From the NCBI GenBank assembly GCA_042567505.1, contig JBHPJW010000005.1, positions 9,964-73,963 on the forward strand: DNA of 64,000 nucleotides, read 5' to 3'. The notes beneath the pieces are model-generated. The model ran no database searches. It had not been told where the DNA came from and saw only the letters and a list, made by a program, of their open reading frames with translations. The DNA is from Fibrobacterota bacterium. Its GTDB lineage: Bacteria; Fibrobacterota; Fibrobacteria; UBA11236; JADFYW01. The first letter of the stretch is position 1. The number at the start of each line of letters is the position of its first letter. This document shows positions 28,709-38,900 of this stretch, piece after piece. A program made the translations under genes and the position numbers.

Positions 28709-29701
28709 ATGGCGGATTTATCAACAGAGTACATGGGATTGAAACTTGCACATCCCATTGTTCCGGGAGCATCTCCCCTGACAAAAACCATTGATGGCAT
28801 TAAGGAGCTTGAGGACGCCGGAGCGCCGGCGATGGTATTGTATTCCATCTTCGAGGAACAGCTGCGGGCCGAATCAAGCCGGCTTGATCATTTCCTCAAC
28901 TACGGATCAGAGACCTTTGCCGAGGCGGTGAATTATTTCCCAAACCTTGACCTGTATAATCTTGGCCCTGAGGAGTATCTCGAGCACATTCGCCGGGCCA
29001 AGGAAGCCGTTGCCATACCTGTGATTGCCAGTCTGAATGGCGTTTCACTTGAGGGATGGACCGACTATGCTAAAAGTATGCAGCAGGCCGGGGCGGACGG
29101 CCTGGAGTTGAACATGTATTACCTGGCGGCACATCAGGATATAGACGGATATACCGTTGAGGAACGTTACCTGAAGGTAATCAAGGCCGTGAAGGGAAGC
29201 GTTACCATCCCCGTGGCCATGAAGCTCAGTCCTTTCTTCAGCTCCGTCTCCCACATGTCTAACCAGTTAAGCAGGGCCGGAGCAGACGCTCTGGTGTTAT
29301 TTAACCGGTTTTACCAACCGGAAATCAATATCAATGAATTATCCGTAGAACCGCATCTGGTCCTGAGTAATTCGAATGAAAAAAACCTTCCCCTGCGGTG
29401 GATCGCGATTTTACACGGCAGGATATTCGCAGATATTGCCGCCAGCACCGGGATCCACTCCGTCGATGACGTGATAGCGATGGTGATGGCAGGGGCGAAC
29501 ATCACTCAGGTGACATCAGTCCTTCTGGACAAAAACCTCAACTGGATTTCAAGTTCTATACGGGAATTGGGGAACTGGCTGGAAAAACGGGGATATAATT
29601 CCCTGGAAGAGATTACAGGATTATTGAGTCAGCAGAAATGCGCTGAGCCGGCGGCTTATGAGCGGGCTAATTACGTAAAAACACTCATGAGTTTCAGTTA
29701 G
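28709..29701 (+). CDS. Dihydroorotate dehydrogenase-like FMN protein
   Basis: LST.YMGL.L..P, SIFEEQ, KLSPFFS, LFNRFYQP and YERANY. Confidence 0.88.
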   Translation: MADLSTEYMGLKLAHPIVPGASPLTKTIDGIKELEDAGAPAMVLYSIFEEQLRAESSRLDHFLNYGSETFAEAVNYFPNLDLYNLGPEEYLEHIRRAKEAVAIPVIASLNGVSLEGWTDYAKSMQQAGADGLELNMYYLAAHQDIDGYTVEERYLKVIKAVKGSVTIPVAMKLSPFFSSVSHMSNQLSRAGADALVLFNRFYQPEININELSVEPHLVLSNSNEKNLPLRWIAILHGRIFADIAASTGIHSVDDVIAMVMAGANITQVTSVLLDKNLNWISSSIRELGNWLEKRGYNSLEEITGLLSQQKCAEPAAYERANYVKTLMSFS

Positions 29702-29785
29702 GATGGCACGGGCAGGCTCCGGGACTGAAAAATATGAGTGTTTTTATTATTATGGATTAAGCAAACAAGATTGAGGAGGCACACC

Positions 29786-30013
29786 ATGGATAAGCAACAA
29801 GTACAGGAAGCATTAAATGAGATCAGGCCCATGCTGCAGGCCGATGGTGGTGATGTTTCCCTGGTGGATGTAACAGAAGATGGAATTGTGAAGGTTCAGC
29901 TCACCGGCGCATGCGGAGGCTGTCCCATGTCCCAGATGACCCTGAGCCGGGGAATAGAAACCAGATTAAAGGCCAAGATCCCGGAAGTGAAACAGGTAGT
30001 CTCGGCAAATTGA
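29786..30013 (+). CDS. NifU/Nfu-type Fe-S carrier
   Basis: IRPMLQADGGDV and GACGGCPMS; RBS GAGGAGG. Confidence 0.93.
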   Translation: MDKQQVQEALNEIRPMLQADGGDVSLVDVTEDGIVKVQLTGACGGCPMSQMTLSRGIETRLKAKIPEVKQVVSAN

Positions 30014-30020
30014 CAGACCA

Positions 30021-30812
30021 TTAAAAAACGATTTCGTCCCGGTTTCTTTTCAGCAGTCCTTCCTTTTCCATTTTGTCGAGAACCATTGATAATTGGTTGC
30101 TTTCAAACTTGTTATTGAGACTGGAAATGTTTACGCGCTTGCACTTGACCAGAAGTTTAACCAGACGGCCCCGCACCCATCTGTCAGATCCTTCAAACCG
30201 GCCTTGTTTAGTCAGCGGCGCTATCCCGGTTTTCCGGGCGGTAGCTACGGCTGAACCGTAATCCATCAGTGCATTGTGCCAGACGCGAGACTTTCCCTTT
30301 GGTATAAGCCCGTCGGCCAGTTTTTCAAGTTCAGATGTTGAAATAGTTTCGGGCAGATGCAACTTACTTATGAAGACCCGGCGGATATTGGTGTCTATCA
30401 CCGGAATTGACGCGTTAAAGGCAAAGGCCATTATAGCGCTTGCCGAATAAGGGCCTATGCCGGGTAAAGAGAGCAGGGACTTCCGGTACCGTGGGACCTT
30501 ACCCTGGAACTGATTGACCAGGATCCGGGCCAATTCCCTGAGCCTGAGGGCCCGGTTGTTATATCCCAGCCCCGACCAGAATCGCAGGAGTGCCGGCTTG
30601 CGGGCCCTGGCCAGAGAGGCAGGGGTAGGATACTGGTTCAGAAATCTTGTATAATACCCGATGGCCCTGGACACCTGTGTCTGCTGAAGCATGATTTCAG
30701 ATACCAGTACGGCATAAGGATCATTTGCATTTCTCCAGGGCAGGTCTCTTTTATGGGTACGATACCAGGCGAGTATCTTTTTCTGTAATCTTGACCTCTG
30801 GATGGCCTTCAT
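30021..30812 (-). CDS. mutY: A/G-specific adenine glycosylase, short form lacking the 4Fe-4S cysteines
   Basis: RDLPWR, VSEIMLQQTQV, GLGY..RA, LPGIGPY and DTNIRRV; no CX6CX2CX5C. Confidence 0.88.
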   Translation of the reverse strand: MKAIQRSRLQKKILAWYRTHKRDLPWRNANDPYAVLVSEIMLQQTQVSRAIGYYTRFLNQYPTPASLARARKPALLRFWSGLGYNNRALRLRELARILVNQFQGKVPRYRKSLLSLPGIGPYSASAIMAFAFNASIPVIDTNIRRVFISKLHLPETISTSELEKLADGLIPKGKSRVWHNALMDYGSAVATARKTGIAPLTKQGRFEGSDRWVRGRLVKLLVKCKRVNISSLNNKFESNQLSMVLDKMEKEGLLKRNRDEIVF

Positions 30813-30836
30813 GGCGCGGAGTTCAGGGGAGCACGG

Positions 30837-31730
30837 TTACAGGTTTAAGCGGGGCAGAACAGCCGCTGAAAGTGCGTTCAGGATGAAGACCGCCATGAAA
30901 GCAAAGGCATATACATTAAGCATGAGCGCCGCTTGCTTATACAGCTTCTTGTCAAGTTGAGGTTTGAAGAGAAATGAGGCGACATAAATGAGGGCGAGGG
31001 AAAGCGCGATAATCACCAGTTTATACACGGGAAACAACGGGATAAACACTGCCATGGTCATGCCCGAAAAAGCCGTTGCCGCCACCCATATAAAAAAGAG
31101 GCGCTTGGTCTGAACAGTATTCAGGATTCCGCTCAAGGTGGGAAAACCGGCAGCCTGGTAGTCCTGGTGGTGGACGTACTGGCTTAGCCAGAAATGAGGG
31201 ATCTGCCAGACCATGAAAAATAAGGCGATAATCAGGACCCTGGAGTCCCACAGGGGAATGTCCGAGGCAGACATACCCATCAGCGGGGGCACAGCGCCCA
31301 CCAGCGCTCCCGGTACCACTGTGAAAGGGCTTCTCCGCTTTAAACCGGTGTAGATGCCATTATACCACAATATACCCGCCGCACCGAGAAAACACACCGC
31401 CAGGTGATTACTGTTTATCAGTAATAAACATCCAAATCCTAGTGACAGCATACCCAGCGTCACACCAACCGCGGTACTTTTTTTCATGGTACCGGCGGCC
31501 AGGGGCCTCATCCGGGTCCGGTTCATGAGGCTGTCGTATTTTCGTTCCTGATACTGGTTTGCTGCTGAAGCTGCGCAGGCCAGCAGGAATACTCCGCAAC
31601 TCAAATAGGCCATTTCGGAGAGGCGGTTCCGGTTCCCCAGGAGGTATCCCGTCAAGGCGGACAGACTGACTGCCAAACTCACTTTTATTTTTAATAGCGA
31701 AGACAGGTTTGTAAGGAGACGGAGGATCAT
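30837..31730 (-). CDS. cyoE: Protoheme IX farnesyltransferase (heme o synthase)
   Basis: NQYQE...D.LM.RT..RPL, YT.LKR, GAVPPLMG, WQIPHF and DY..AG. Confidence 0.92.
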   Translation of the reverse strand: MILRLLTNLSSLLKIKVSLAVSLSALTGYLLGNRNRLSEMAYLSCGVFLLACAASAANQYQERKYDSLMNRTRMRPLAAGTMKKSTAVGVTLGMLSLGFGCLLLINSNHLAVCFLGAAGILWYNGIYTGLKRRSPFTVVPGALVGAVPPLMGMSASDIPLWDSRVLIIALFFMVWQIPHFWLSQYVHHQDYQAAGFPTLSGILNTVQTKRLFFIWVAATAFSGMTMAVFIPLFPVYKLVIIALSLALIYVASFLFKPQLDKKLYKQAALMLNVYAFAFMAVFILNALSAAVLPRLNL

Positions 31731-31745
31731 GTACTGTTTCTCATG

Positions 31746-32090
31746 TTATTCAACCGCAGCTTCCCGTACCATAATCTCCATGGCTTTTTCGATGGGCAGG
31801 GTCTTCCTGGGCTTGCGGACCTTGTCCAGTTGAAAATCTATCACCAACCTTTCGATGTCTGTGTCCGAATCCACAGGCCGTTGGCTGCCGGAAGCAAAGG
31901 ATGCCACCTTGTGGACCAGAGCAAACCGGTCCCATGGGGACAGGTTGTCAAAGGAGCGCATCTGGGTGCCCTCGATTCCCCGGCTGATAGTGCGGAATAT
32001 TTCCGTGAGACTGGTCCCGCGTTTCCAGTTATCCAGGGTGGTGAAATCCCGGGCTTCTGAAACCCCCAGTCCTCTACCGTTCCCGCCGTG
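31746..32090 (-). pseudogene. 5'-truncated class I cytochrome c
   Basis: HG.NG.G...ARDFT...WK.G...IF.TI..GI.GT.M.SF..LS; the CxxCH is destroyed at the junction (reads CNRYH) and there is no own start or signal. Confidence 0.7.
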
Positions 32091-32235
32091 GTACCGGTTG
32101 CAGGGGCTCATACCCAACCGATACATTGGGCGGCCACAGGGCATACGCCGCGAAAGCCCCGCCGATTAAGAGGGATATAACAGCCATGCCGATGAATATA
32201 TAGACACGCCGGTCGAATTCTTTTGTAAACATCAT
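32074..32235 (-). pseudogene. N-terminal fragment of an ActA-like (alternative complex III) multiheme cytochrome c
   Basis: One TM helix, then VGYEPLQPVP (ActA-type GY.P.QP.PFSH..H), cut off just before FSH and terminating 5 codons later. Confidence 0.65.
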
Positions 32236-32465
32236 GCGGCTATGATCAGATTGGGTTATCAGATGGTGAGTTTTCCTAGTAATCCCGTCCAGAGGCATTT
32301 GTGGATAGACGCCGGGTGCCGGCTGCCTTTGTCACAGGCGAGTCCGGTGTGACCATAGAAGCCGGTCCTCCCTCACACCTCATTCCTCACACATGTACAA
32401 ACTTGCCCTAGAGAAAAACCCTGCGCTTGCTTGTTAAGGTAACTAATTCCTTGGGTGCTCGACTA

Positions 32466-33842
32466 TCAACTTTCCTTGAAATTCGCCACCAGGCCCTGGA
32501 CGCTTTCTTTGGCGTCGCCGAACAGCATGCGGGTGTTCTCCTTAAAGAATAAGGCGTTTTGAATCCCCGCGAAACCCGCGGCCATTGATCGCTTCAGCAC
32601 GAACACGGTCCTGGCCTTGTCCACATCTATGATGGGCATGCCGTAAATGGGACTGGACTCTGTTTCCCGGGCAGCAGGATTCACCACATCATTTGCCCCG
32701 ATGACCAGGGCTACGTCCGCGGTTTCCATGGTGGGATTCACCGCGTCCATTTCATAAAGCTGATCATAAGAAACATTGGCCTCGGCCAATAACACGTTCA
32801 TGTGTCCCGGCATGCGGCCAGCCACCGGATGTATGGCGTATTTAACCTCGGCTCCGTTATTCTCCAGCAGCTCTCCCAGTTCCCTGACCACGTGCTGAGC
32901 CTGGGCCACGGCCAGTCCGTATCCGGGGACAATCACTACCGAGCTGGCGGCTTCGAGAATGAGAAAAGCGTCATCGGCATTGATGGGCTTGACCTCTCCT
33001 TCTACTTTTTCTCCTTTGGCGGCGCTTCCGGCGGCCCCGAAACCGCTGAATAGCACGTTCGCCAGGGAGCGGTTCATGGCCTTGCACATGATGTTGGTGA
33101 GAATGATGCCGCTGGCGCCCACCAGGGAACCGGCCACAATCAGCAGTAAGTTATTAATGGCAAAGCCCGCGGCCGCGGCCGCAAGTCCCGAGTAGCTGTT
33201 CAGGAGAGAAATCACCACGGGCATGTCGGCGCCTCCGATGGGAATGACGGAAAGCACTCCCAGCAGACCGGCCAGTGATAGACAAATAGTGAAGTACAGA
33301 CCGCCGTTGGCGGGGTCCAGGCAGAACAATATTCCGCAGGCAATCAGGGCCAGCACGATAAGGCTGTTTATTATCCTCTGTCCGGTGTACAGGACAGCCT
33401 TGGAATAGATGAATTCGCCGAGTTTGCCCCAGGCGATAATGCTGCCGGTAAAGGTAATACCGCCGATGAGAACCGAAAGCAGCACCGTGATGGCGGTCAG
33501 CGGAGCAAGAGAGGGCGTGTTGATATACACGGCCCAGCCCACCAACAGGCTGGATATGCCGCCGAATCCATTTAACAGGGCCACCATTTCCGGCATGCGT
33601 GTCATGGCAATCAGCCGGGCTCCCATTATGCCGGCCAGCGTCCCGGTGAGAAGGCCAGCGGTTATCCATTTATAGTCCAGGCCCTGATGAAGCAGGGTCA
33701 CCACAATGGCAAGCAGCATTCCCAGGGCCGAGAGCAGATTTCCCCGCTTTGCCAGGTGGGTCTTTCCCAGCATTTTGAGGCCGAGCACAAAAAGCAGGGC
33801 GGATATAACGTAGACGAAAATTTCTATTGAATGAGAAGTCAT
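32466..33842 (-). CDS. pntB: NAD(P) transhydrogenase beta subunit
   Basis: MPEMVALLNGFGG, GGADMPVVISLLNSYSG and HPVAGRMPGHMNV. Confidence 0.97.
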   Translation of the reverse strand: MTSHSIEIFVYVISALLFVLGLKMLGKTHLAKRGNLLSALGMLLAIVVTLLHQGLDYKWITAGLLTGTLAGIMGARLIAMTRMPEMVALLNGFGGISSLLVGWAVYINTPSLAPLTAITVLLSVLIGGITFTGSIIAWGKLGEFIYSKAVLYTGQRIINSLIVLALIACGILFCLDPANGGLYFTICLSLAGLLGVLSVIPIGGADMPVVISLLNSYSGLAAAAAGFAINNLLLIVAGSLVGASGIILTNIMCKAMNRSLANVLFSGFGAAGSAAKGEKVEGEVKPINADDAFLILEAASSVVIVPGYGLAVAQAQHVVRELGELLENNGAEVKYAIHPVAGRMPGHMNVLLAEANVSYDQLYEMDAVNPTMETADVALVIGANDVVNPAARETESSPIYGMPIIDVDKARTVFVLKRSMAAGFAGIQNALFFKENTRMLFGDAKESVQGLVANFKES

Positions 33843-34120
33843 GCTTTTTTGTCCTCTTTCTTCTTGAACATGCTGAGCATACGATTGGTCACCAGGTATC
33901 CACCCACCACGTTTGTGGTGGCAAACGCCACTGCCAGGGCTCCCAGGATGGAGGACAGCAGGGAATTGCCCGCCCCGGCCGCCACGATTGCGCCCAGCAC
34001 GGTGATGCCCGAAATGGCGTTGGAGCCGGACATCAGGGGGGTGTGCAGGGTGGACGGGACCTTTGAGATCAGCTCAAATCCCAGGAAAATGGCCAGCATG
34101 AGAATAAAGAGAAGTTCCAT
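33839..34120 (-). CDS. pntA: NAD(P) transhydrogenase alpha subunit, membrane part (alpha-2)
   Basis: VPSTLHTPLMSGSNAISGI and RMLSMF. Confidence 0.95.
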   Translation of the reverse strand: MELLFILMLAIFLGFELISKVPSTLHTPLMSGSNAISGITVLGAIVAAGAGNSLLSSILGALAVAFATTNVVGGYLVTNRMLSMFKKKEDKKA

Positions 34121-34121
34121 G

Positions 34122-35264
34122 TTAATTCTCTCCTGTTGTCAAGTCCTTGATGACTTCGTTGACAATTCCGCCTTTATGTGTGATGAGGCAGCCTTTTAAA
34201 ATTTCATCTTCAGTTTTTATCGCATACGATTTGGATTCAGGGTCCCAGCTGTCCTCCAGCAAATTGAAAAAGTTTGCTGAAAGCATTTGACTGGCGTGAT
34301 AGGGGGTCTTTCCGGCCAGGTTTTCCAGTCCCATGATGGCTACCCCGTTTTGCTCCACAATTTCCCCGCATCTGGATCCCTCCACATTGCCCCCTGATTC
34401 CACCGCCATATCCACGATAAGGCTGCCTGGCCTCATCTTTTTGACCATGTCTCCCGTGATAATCAGCGGCGCCTTCCTGCCAAAAAGCTGGGCAGTGGTT
34501 ATGACTACGTCGGCAAGGGCGCAATGCTTTGCCATCACTTCCCTCTGCTTCTGGATCTGCTCCTCTGTCAGGGCTTTGGCATACCCGTCTTTGGTCTGGC
34601 CGGTTTCGCCCAGGTCCACTTTCACGAATTTGGCTCCCAGGGACTTTACCTGCTCTTCCACCACTGGCCGGGTGTCAAAGGCCTCTACTCTGGCCCCCAG
34701 TCGTTTGGCGGTGGCAATGGCCTGCAGGCCGGCTACGCCTGCGCCAATCACAAATATCCTGGAGGGAGAAATCGTGCCTGCCGGTGTCATCATCATGGGA
34801 AAGACCTTTGGGAGCCGGCCGGCCGCCAGAAGCACTGCGTTGTAGCCGGCAATGCTGGCCTGGGAACTCAGGGCATCCATTTTCTGGGCCCTGGTGATCC
34901 TGGGCACCATCTCGAGGCTGATGGCGCTCATCCCGGCCGAAGCCATTTTGTTCACCAGTTCGAGGTTGTTGAAGGGATCGAGGTAACTGATATGTACCAC
35001 TCCCTGTTTCCAGGTGTCGACTTCGCCGAGGTCCGGCTTCCTGATTCTTACAATGATATCAGTGGCAGCCAGATCCTTCTGCCGGTCCTCAGAAATGCCG
35101 GCGCCTGCTTTCCGGTAGTCAGCATCGGGGTAACCGGCTCTTTCTCCCAAGCCTGATTCGACTGTGATTTCCGCTCCCTTTTTTATCAGCTTATCAACAT
35201 CAGCCGGTATTAGAGCCGTCCTTGTTTCTGCCGGGTGAGTTTCTTTAACAACGAGTATTTTCAT
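34122..35264 (-). CDS. pntA: NAD(P) transhydrogenase alpha subunit, NAD-binding part (alpha-1)
   Basis: PRITRAQKMDALSSQ and GAGVAGLQAIATA. Confidence 0.96.
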   Translation of the reverse strand: MKILVVKETHPAETRTALIPADVDKLIKKGAEITVESGLGERAGYPDADYRKAGAGISEDRQKDLAATDIIVRIRKPDLGEVDTWKQGVVHISYLDPFNNLELVNKMASAGMSAISLEMVPRITRAQKMDALSSQASIAGYNAVLLAAGRLPKVFPMMMTPAGTISPSRIFVIGAGVAGLQAIATAKRLGARVEAFDTRPVVEEQVKSLGAKFVKVDLGETGQTKDGYAKALTEEQIQKQREVMAKHCALADVVITTAQLFGRKAPLIITGDMVKKMRPGSLIVDMAVESGGNVEGSRCGEIVEQNGVAIMGLENLAGKTPYHASQMLSANFFNLLEDSWDPESKSYAIKTEDEILKGCLITHKGGIVNEVIKDLTTGEN

Positions 35265-35380
35265 AATGTTTTGATATATGGTGGGTAAAGATGAGCCTGT
35301 TTTATCTCTTCGAACATGGTAATAGATAGTATTTTTTTAAAACAATTGTCATACCGCTTATTTAAAACGAAGGAAGATGC

Positions 35381-35815
35381 TTAAACCTTCTTTCTGCCGG
35401 CTTTCTTATCCGGATTTTGGGAGAACTGGAGCAGGTCTTTATTCAGGATGGCTTTTATCCTGCTCTTTATCTTTTTCCATTCAGAATGGGCGTAGCACGA
35501 TTCGTCCTTTTCGCATTTTCCCAGACCCAGCATGCAGCCTTCCAGAAAACCCGGTCCATCGATGGATTCAATAATTTCAATGAGTTTAATTCTTTTTGCA
35601 GGTCTTCCCAGTTTGAACCCTCCGTTTTTCCCTTTAACGGAGATGATGAGATCCTTTTTTGATAAAGTCTGCAGAATCTTACCAATGAAATGATGGGGCA
35701 CACCAGCTCTTCTGGCGATTATTCCCTGGGAGAAAAAAGTGTCATCAGGCTGACCTGCCAGAAACACAACAGCGTTTACAGCGTATTCACAGGTCTTGTT
35801 CAACAGTCCATGCAT
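35381..35815 (-). CDS. Rrf2-family transcriptional regulator (3-Cys)
   Basis: CEYAV, KILQ.L, S.KG.NGGF.L and CMLG...C.....C..H. Confidence 0.9.
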   Translation of the reverse strand: MHGLLNKTCEYAVNAVVFLAGQPDDTFFSQGIIARRAGVPHHFIGKILQTLSKKDLIISVKGKNGGFKLGRPAKRIKLIEIIESIDGPGFLEGCMLGLGKCEKDESCYAHSEWKKIKSRIKAILNKDLLQFSQNPDKKAGRKKV

Positions 35816-35961
35816 TTTTTTTTCTCCGGTGTTAAAAGGTAAAAATTGGCATGAGATAAAAAAAGTAGGAGAATTCCTCATCGGAAGTCACGGCTTTCGC
35901 CGTGGCGGGTGTTAAAGAGGGCGGAATGGCATGACTTCTCCCGGGCATTTATTCCAGGAGA

Positions 35962-38900
35962 TTACTCTCTAAGCAGGACCTTGATGGTTTTTTTAAATTC
36001 CCGGGCCCGCATGTTGCAGAGGTACAGCTGGGAGCCCAGACCGCTTTCCCGTCTTAAAGGCTGCCGGTAGAATCCGGGCACGGCAGGTTTGTTCCAGAGT
36101 TCGCGTACCATCTTTCCCTTCATGTTGTACAGGTTTATCTTCAGAGGCACCGGTGTCATGCCGTTTAAGGGCGGTACATCGAAATGAAGGTTATCGCCGT
36201 ACACCGACAAGTCAAATCTCGTCGGCAGCAAACCTCTGCTTAAAAGGATGGATACCAGGTTATCAAATTCCGCCGCGATGGTCACAGGCTCGGTTATTAC
36301 GGCCCTGGCCTGTTCATCCATATTGTCCCAGAGGACAGCGCTACCGGAAATAACGTTCCATTCCAGAAGGCCGTAAGTCTCCTCGGGGATGGCAGTAAGT
36401 GTCAGGGTGTCCCCGTGCAGCACAAGGGTGTCGGGGTAGGGGGAGACAGCTCCCCCGGTACCCGCCTGCAGGGTCACGAGATATGACTTCCTCTGGAACA
36501 CTGCCTGTACGGCCGCCTCTCCCGAAGTCAGCGTGACGGTGGTGGTGTCGCTGGCGGAGTCGGCAATGTCAGCGCTGCCGTCGACGACGGCCCACCTGTC
36601 CAGTTCATGTCCATCACCAGGAACAGCGATTACTTGAGTAGCTGCTCCATGGTTGACTGTTTGTATGACGGCAGGCAGGGTTGTGCCGGTCCCTCTGCTG
36701 GATATGGTCAATTGATAGGTCTTTAAGGTGAATTCGGCCCGCACTTCCGCGTTCCCGGAAGAAAGGGTGATGTAAGTGGTGTCGTCGAAGACCTCGGCGA
36801 TATCCGCGCTGCCGTTAACCACGGTCCATCTCCAGAAATTATATCCCGTATTGGGGGCGGCGATTATCCGGTCCGCCACTCCGTGTTCCAGGCTCTGCAC
36901 GCCGGTGGGGATGGTGCTTCCGTTGCCGTCGGTGCTTAAGGTGAGATCATAATTAATGAGTCCGAATTCGGCCGTGACCGTGGCGTCGCCCGAGGTCAGG
37001 GTGACAGTGGTGACGGTGCTGGTGGAATCGGCGATAACGGCACTGCCCGAACTCACGTACCATCGTTCCAGTTCATACAGGGGACTGGGCGTGGCGGTTA
37101 TCTGGGTGGCCACGCCGTGGTCCACGGTCTGGGAGAAGAAGGGATTGACGGTCCCGTTGCCGGCGGAGGTAACGGAAAGCGAATAGGTTTTTATAGCAAA
37201 GTTCGCACGGATAGTGGCATCTCCTGAAGACAGGGTAGCGGTGGTCGTATCGTCTGTCGCCATGGCAATATTTGCATTTCCGGCGGTAGTTTCCCAGTAA
37301 TTAAAATCATATCCCGTGTTGGGGACAGCTATAATCTGCTGGGCCACGCTGTGCTCCACGCTCGCCAGCCCGGCGGGGATGGTGGTCCCGTTGCCGTCGG
37401 CGGTCATGGTAAGGGAGTAACTGGCGAACCTGAACTCGGCCGTGATCGTGGCGCTGCCGGAGGTGAGGGTCACGTTGGTGGTGTTATCGGCAGTGTCGGC
37501 GATGGCGGCGCTGCCGGAGGTGAGGGTCCACCTGGCGAATTCATATCCAAAACCAGGTGTCGCGGTTATCTGCCTGGCCACGCCGTGGTTTACGACCTGC
37601 AGGCCGGAAGGATTAGTGCTTCCGTTGCCGTCATTATTGACGGTCAGCTGATAGGATTTCAGCATGAAATCTGCCCGGACTTCCCCGTCTCCCGAATTAA
37701 GAGTGACAGTAGTAGTATCATTGGAAGGATCAAACACCGATGGAATTCCGGAGACTGTAGTCCAGGTGAAGAAATCATACCCCGGATTTGCCAAAGCGAT
37801 GATGGTGGTCGGATCGCCCTGGCTTGCCTGTTGATCGCCGGCAGGACTGGTAGCTCCATTGCCGTCATTGGATACCGTGAGGGTGTAGGGGGCCAGCACA
37901 AAGTTGGCCCGGACAAAGGCGCTTTCTGTAAACAGGGAAACCGTGGTGGTGTCGTTGAGGGAATCGGCGACAACGGCCGTGCCGGAGGCGACGTCCCAGT
38001 GGCTGAACAGGTATCCGGAGTTTGGTGTGGCTATGACCTGGGTGGGGGCGCCGAAGTTGACGGACTGAGTGCCTGATGGATTTGTGAAACCGTTTATATC
38101 GCCGCTTACAGTCAGTGAGAAAGTTATGGGCCGGAAATAGGCGTGGACCGTGGCGTCGCTGGTTGAGATGGTTATAGTTGTGGTGTCATTATTAGCATCG
38201 TCAATGGTCCCGGCCCCGCTGGAAAGGTTCCACCGGAAAAACTCATTGCCCGTGTCCGGATCGGCGATAAGCTGAACTATGTCGCCATAGTAGACCGTCT
38301 GGGCTCCCGCCGGGGTAGTGGTTCCGTATCCGGTGTCAGATACCGTGAGGGTATAGGGAATCCTGGAAAAGTTGGCCCGGACTTCCGAGTCATACACAGA
38401 AAGGGTGACTTCGGCCGGGTTGGCCGTGGTGTCGTCGAATACCGGGGTTCCATTAACCGTTGACCAGTGGGAAAAGGCGTATCCGCTGTTCGGAAAGGCC
38501 TGAATGGTCTGCCCACCCCCGTTATTTACCGGCATGGTACCGTCCACATTGGTGGTCCCATTGCCGTCGTCGCCCACGGTGAGGTTGAAATACTGGGGCT
38601 TGAAATTCGCTTTAATAGTGGCGGGACCGCTGGAAAGGGTGACATCAGTGAAAGAGGCGGTGGAATCGCCGAAGGCCGCGCCGCCGACGGTAACGGACCA
38701 GTGGGAGAAGATGTAGTTGGCGCCCGGGCTGCAGCTGATGTTTTGCGCCACGTTGTGATATACAGTCTGGGTATCGGCGGGGGTAGTTATCCCGTTTCCG
38801 TCGTTGGTTACGGTGAGAAGATAATCATAGGGTGTGAACACGGCCCGGATGGTTGAACTCGGCCAGGTGGTGGTGAGGGTGGTGGTGTCGTTATTGGCGT

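Noticed and set aside
31746-32144. 132-aa ORF as an intact cytochrome c
   Set aside because: The heme motif reads CNRYH and its N-terminus is the out-of-frame ActA-like sequence; treated as a remnant.
5510-32345. GACTCGCC/GGCGAGTC 8-mer in three intergenic regions (~5510, ~24111, ~32337)
   Set aside because: The flanks share no further similarity; a few copies of an 8-mer are expected by chance in 64 kb.
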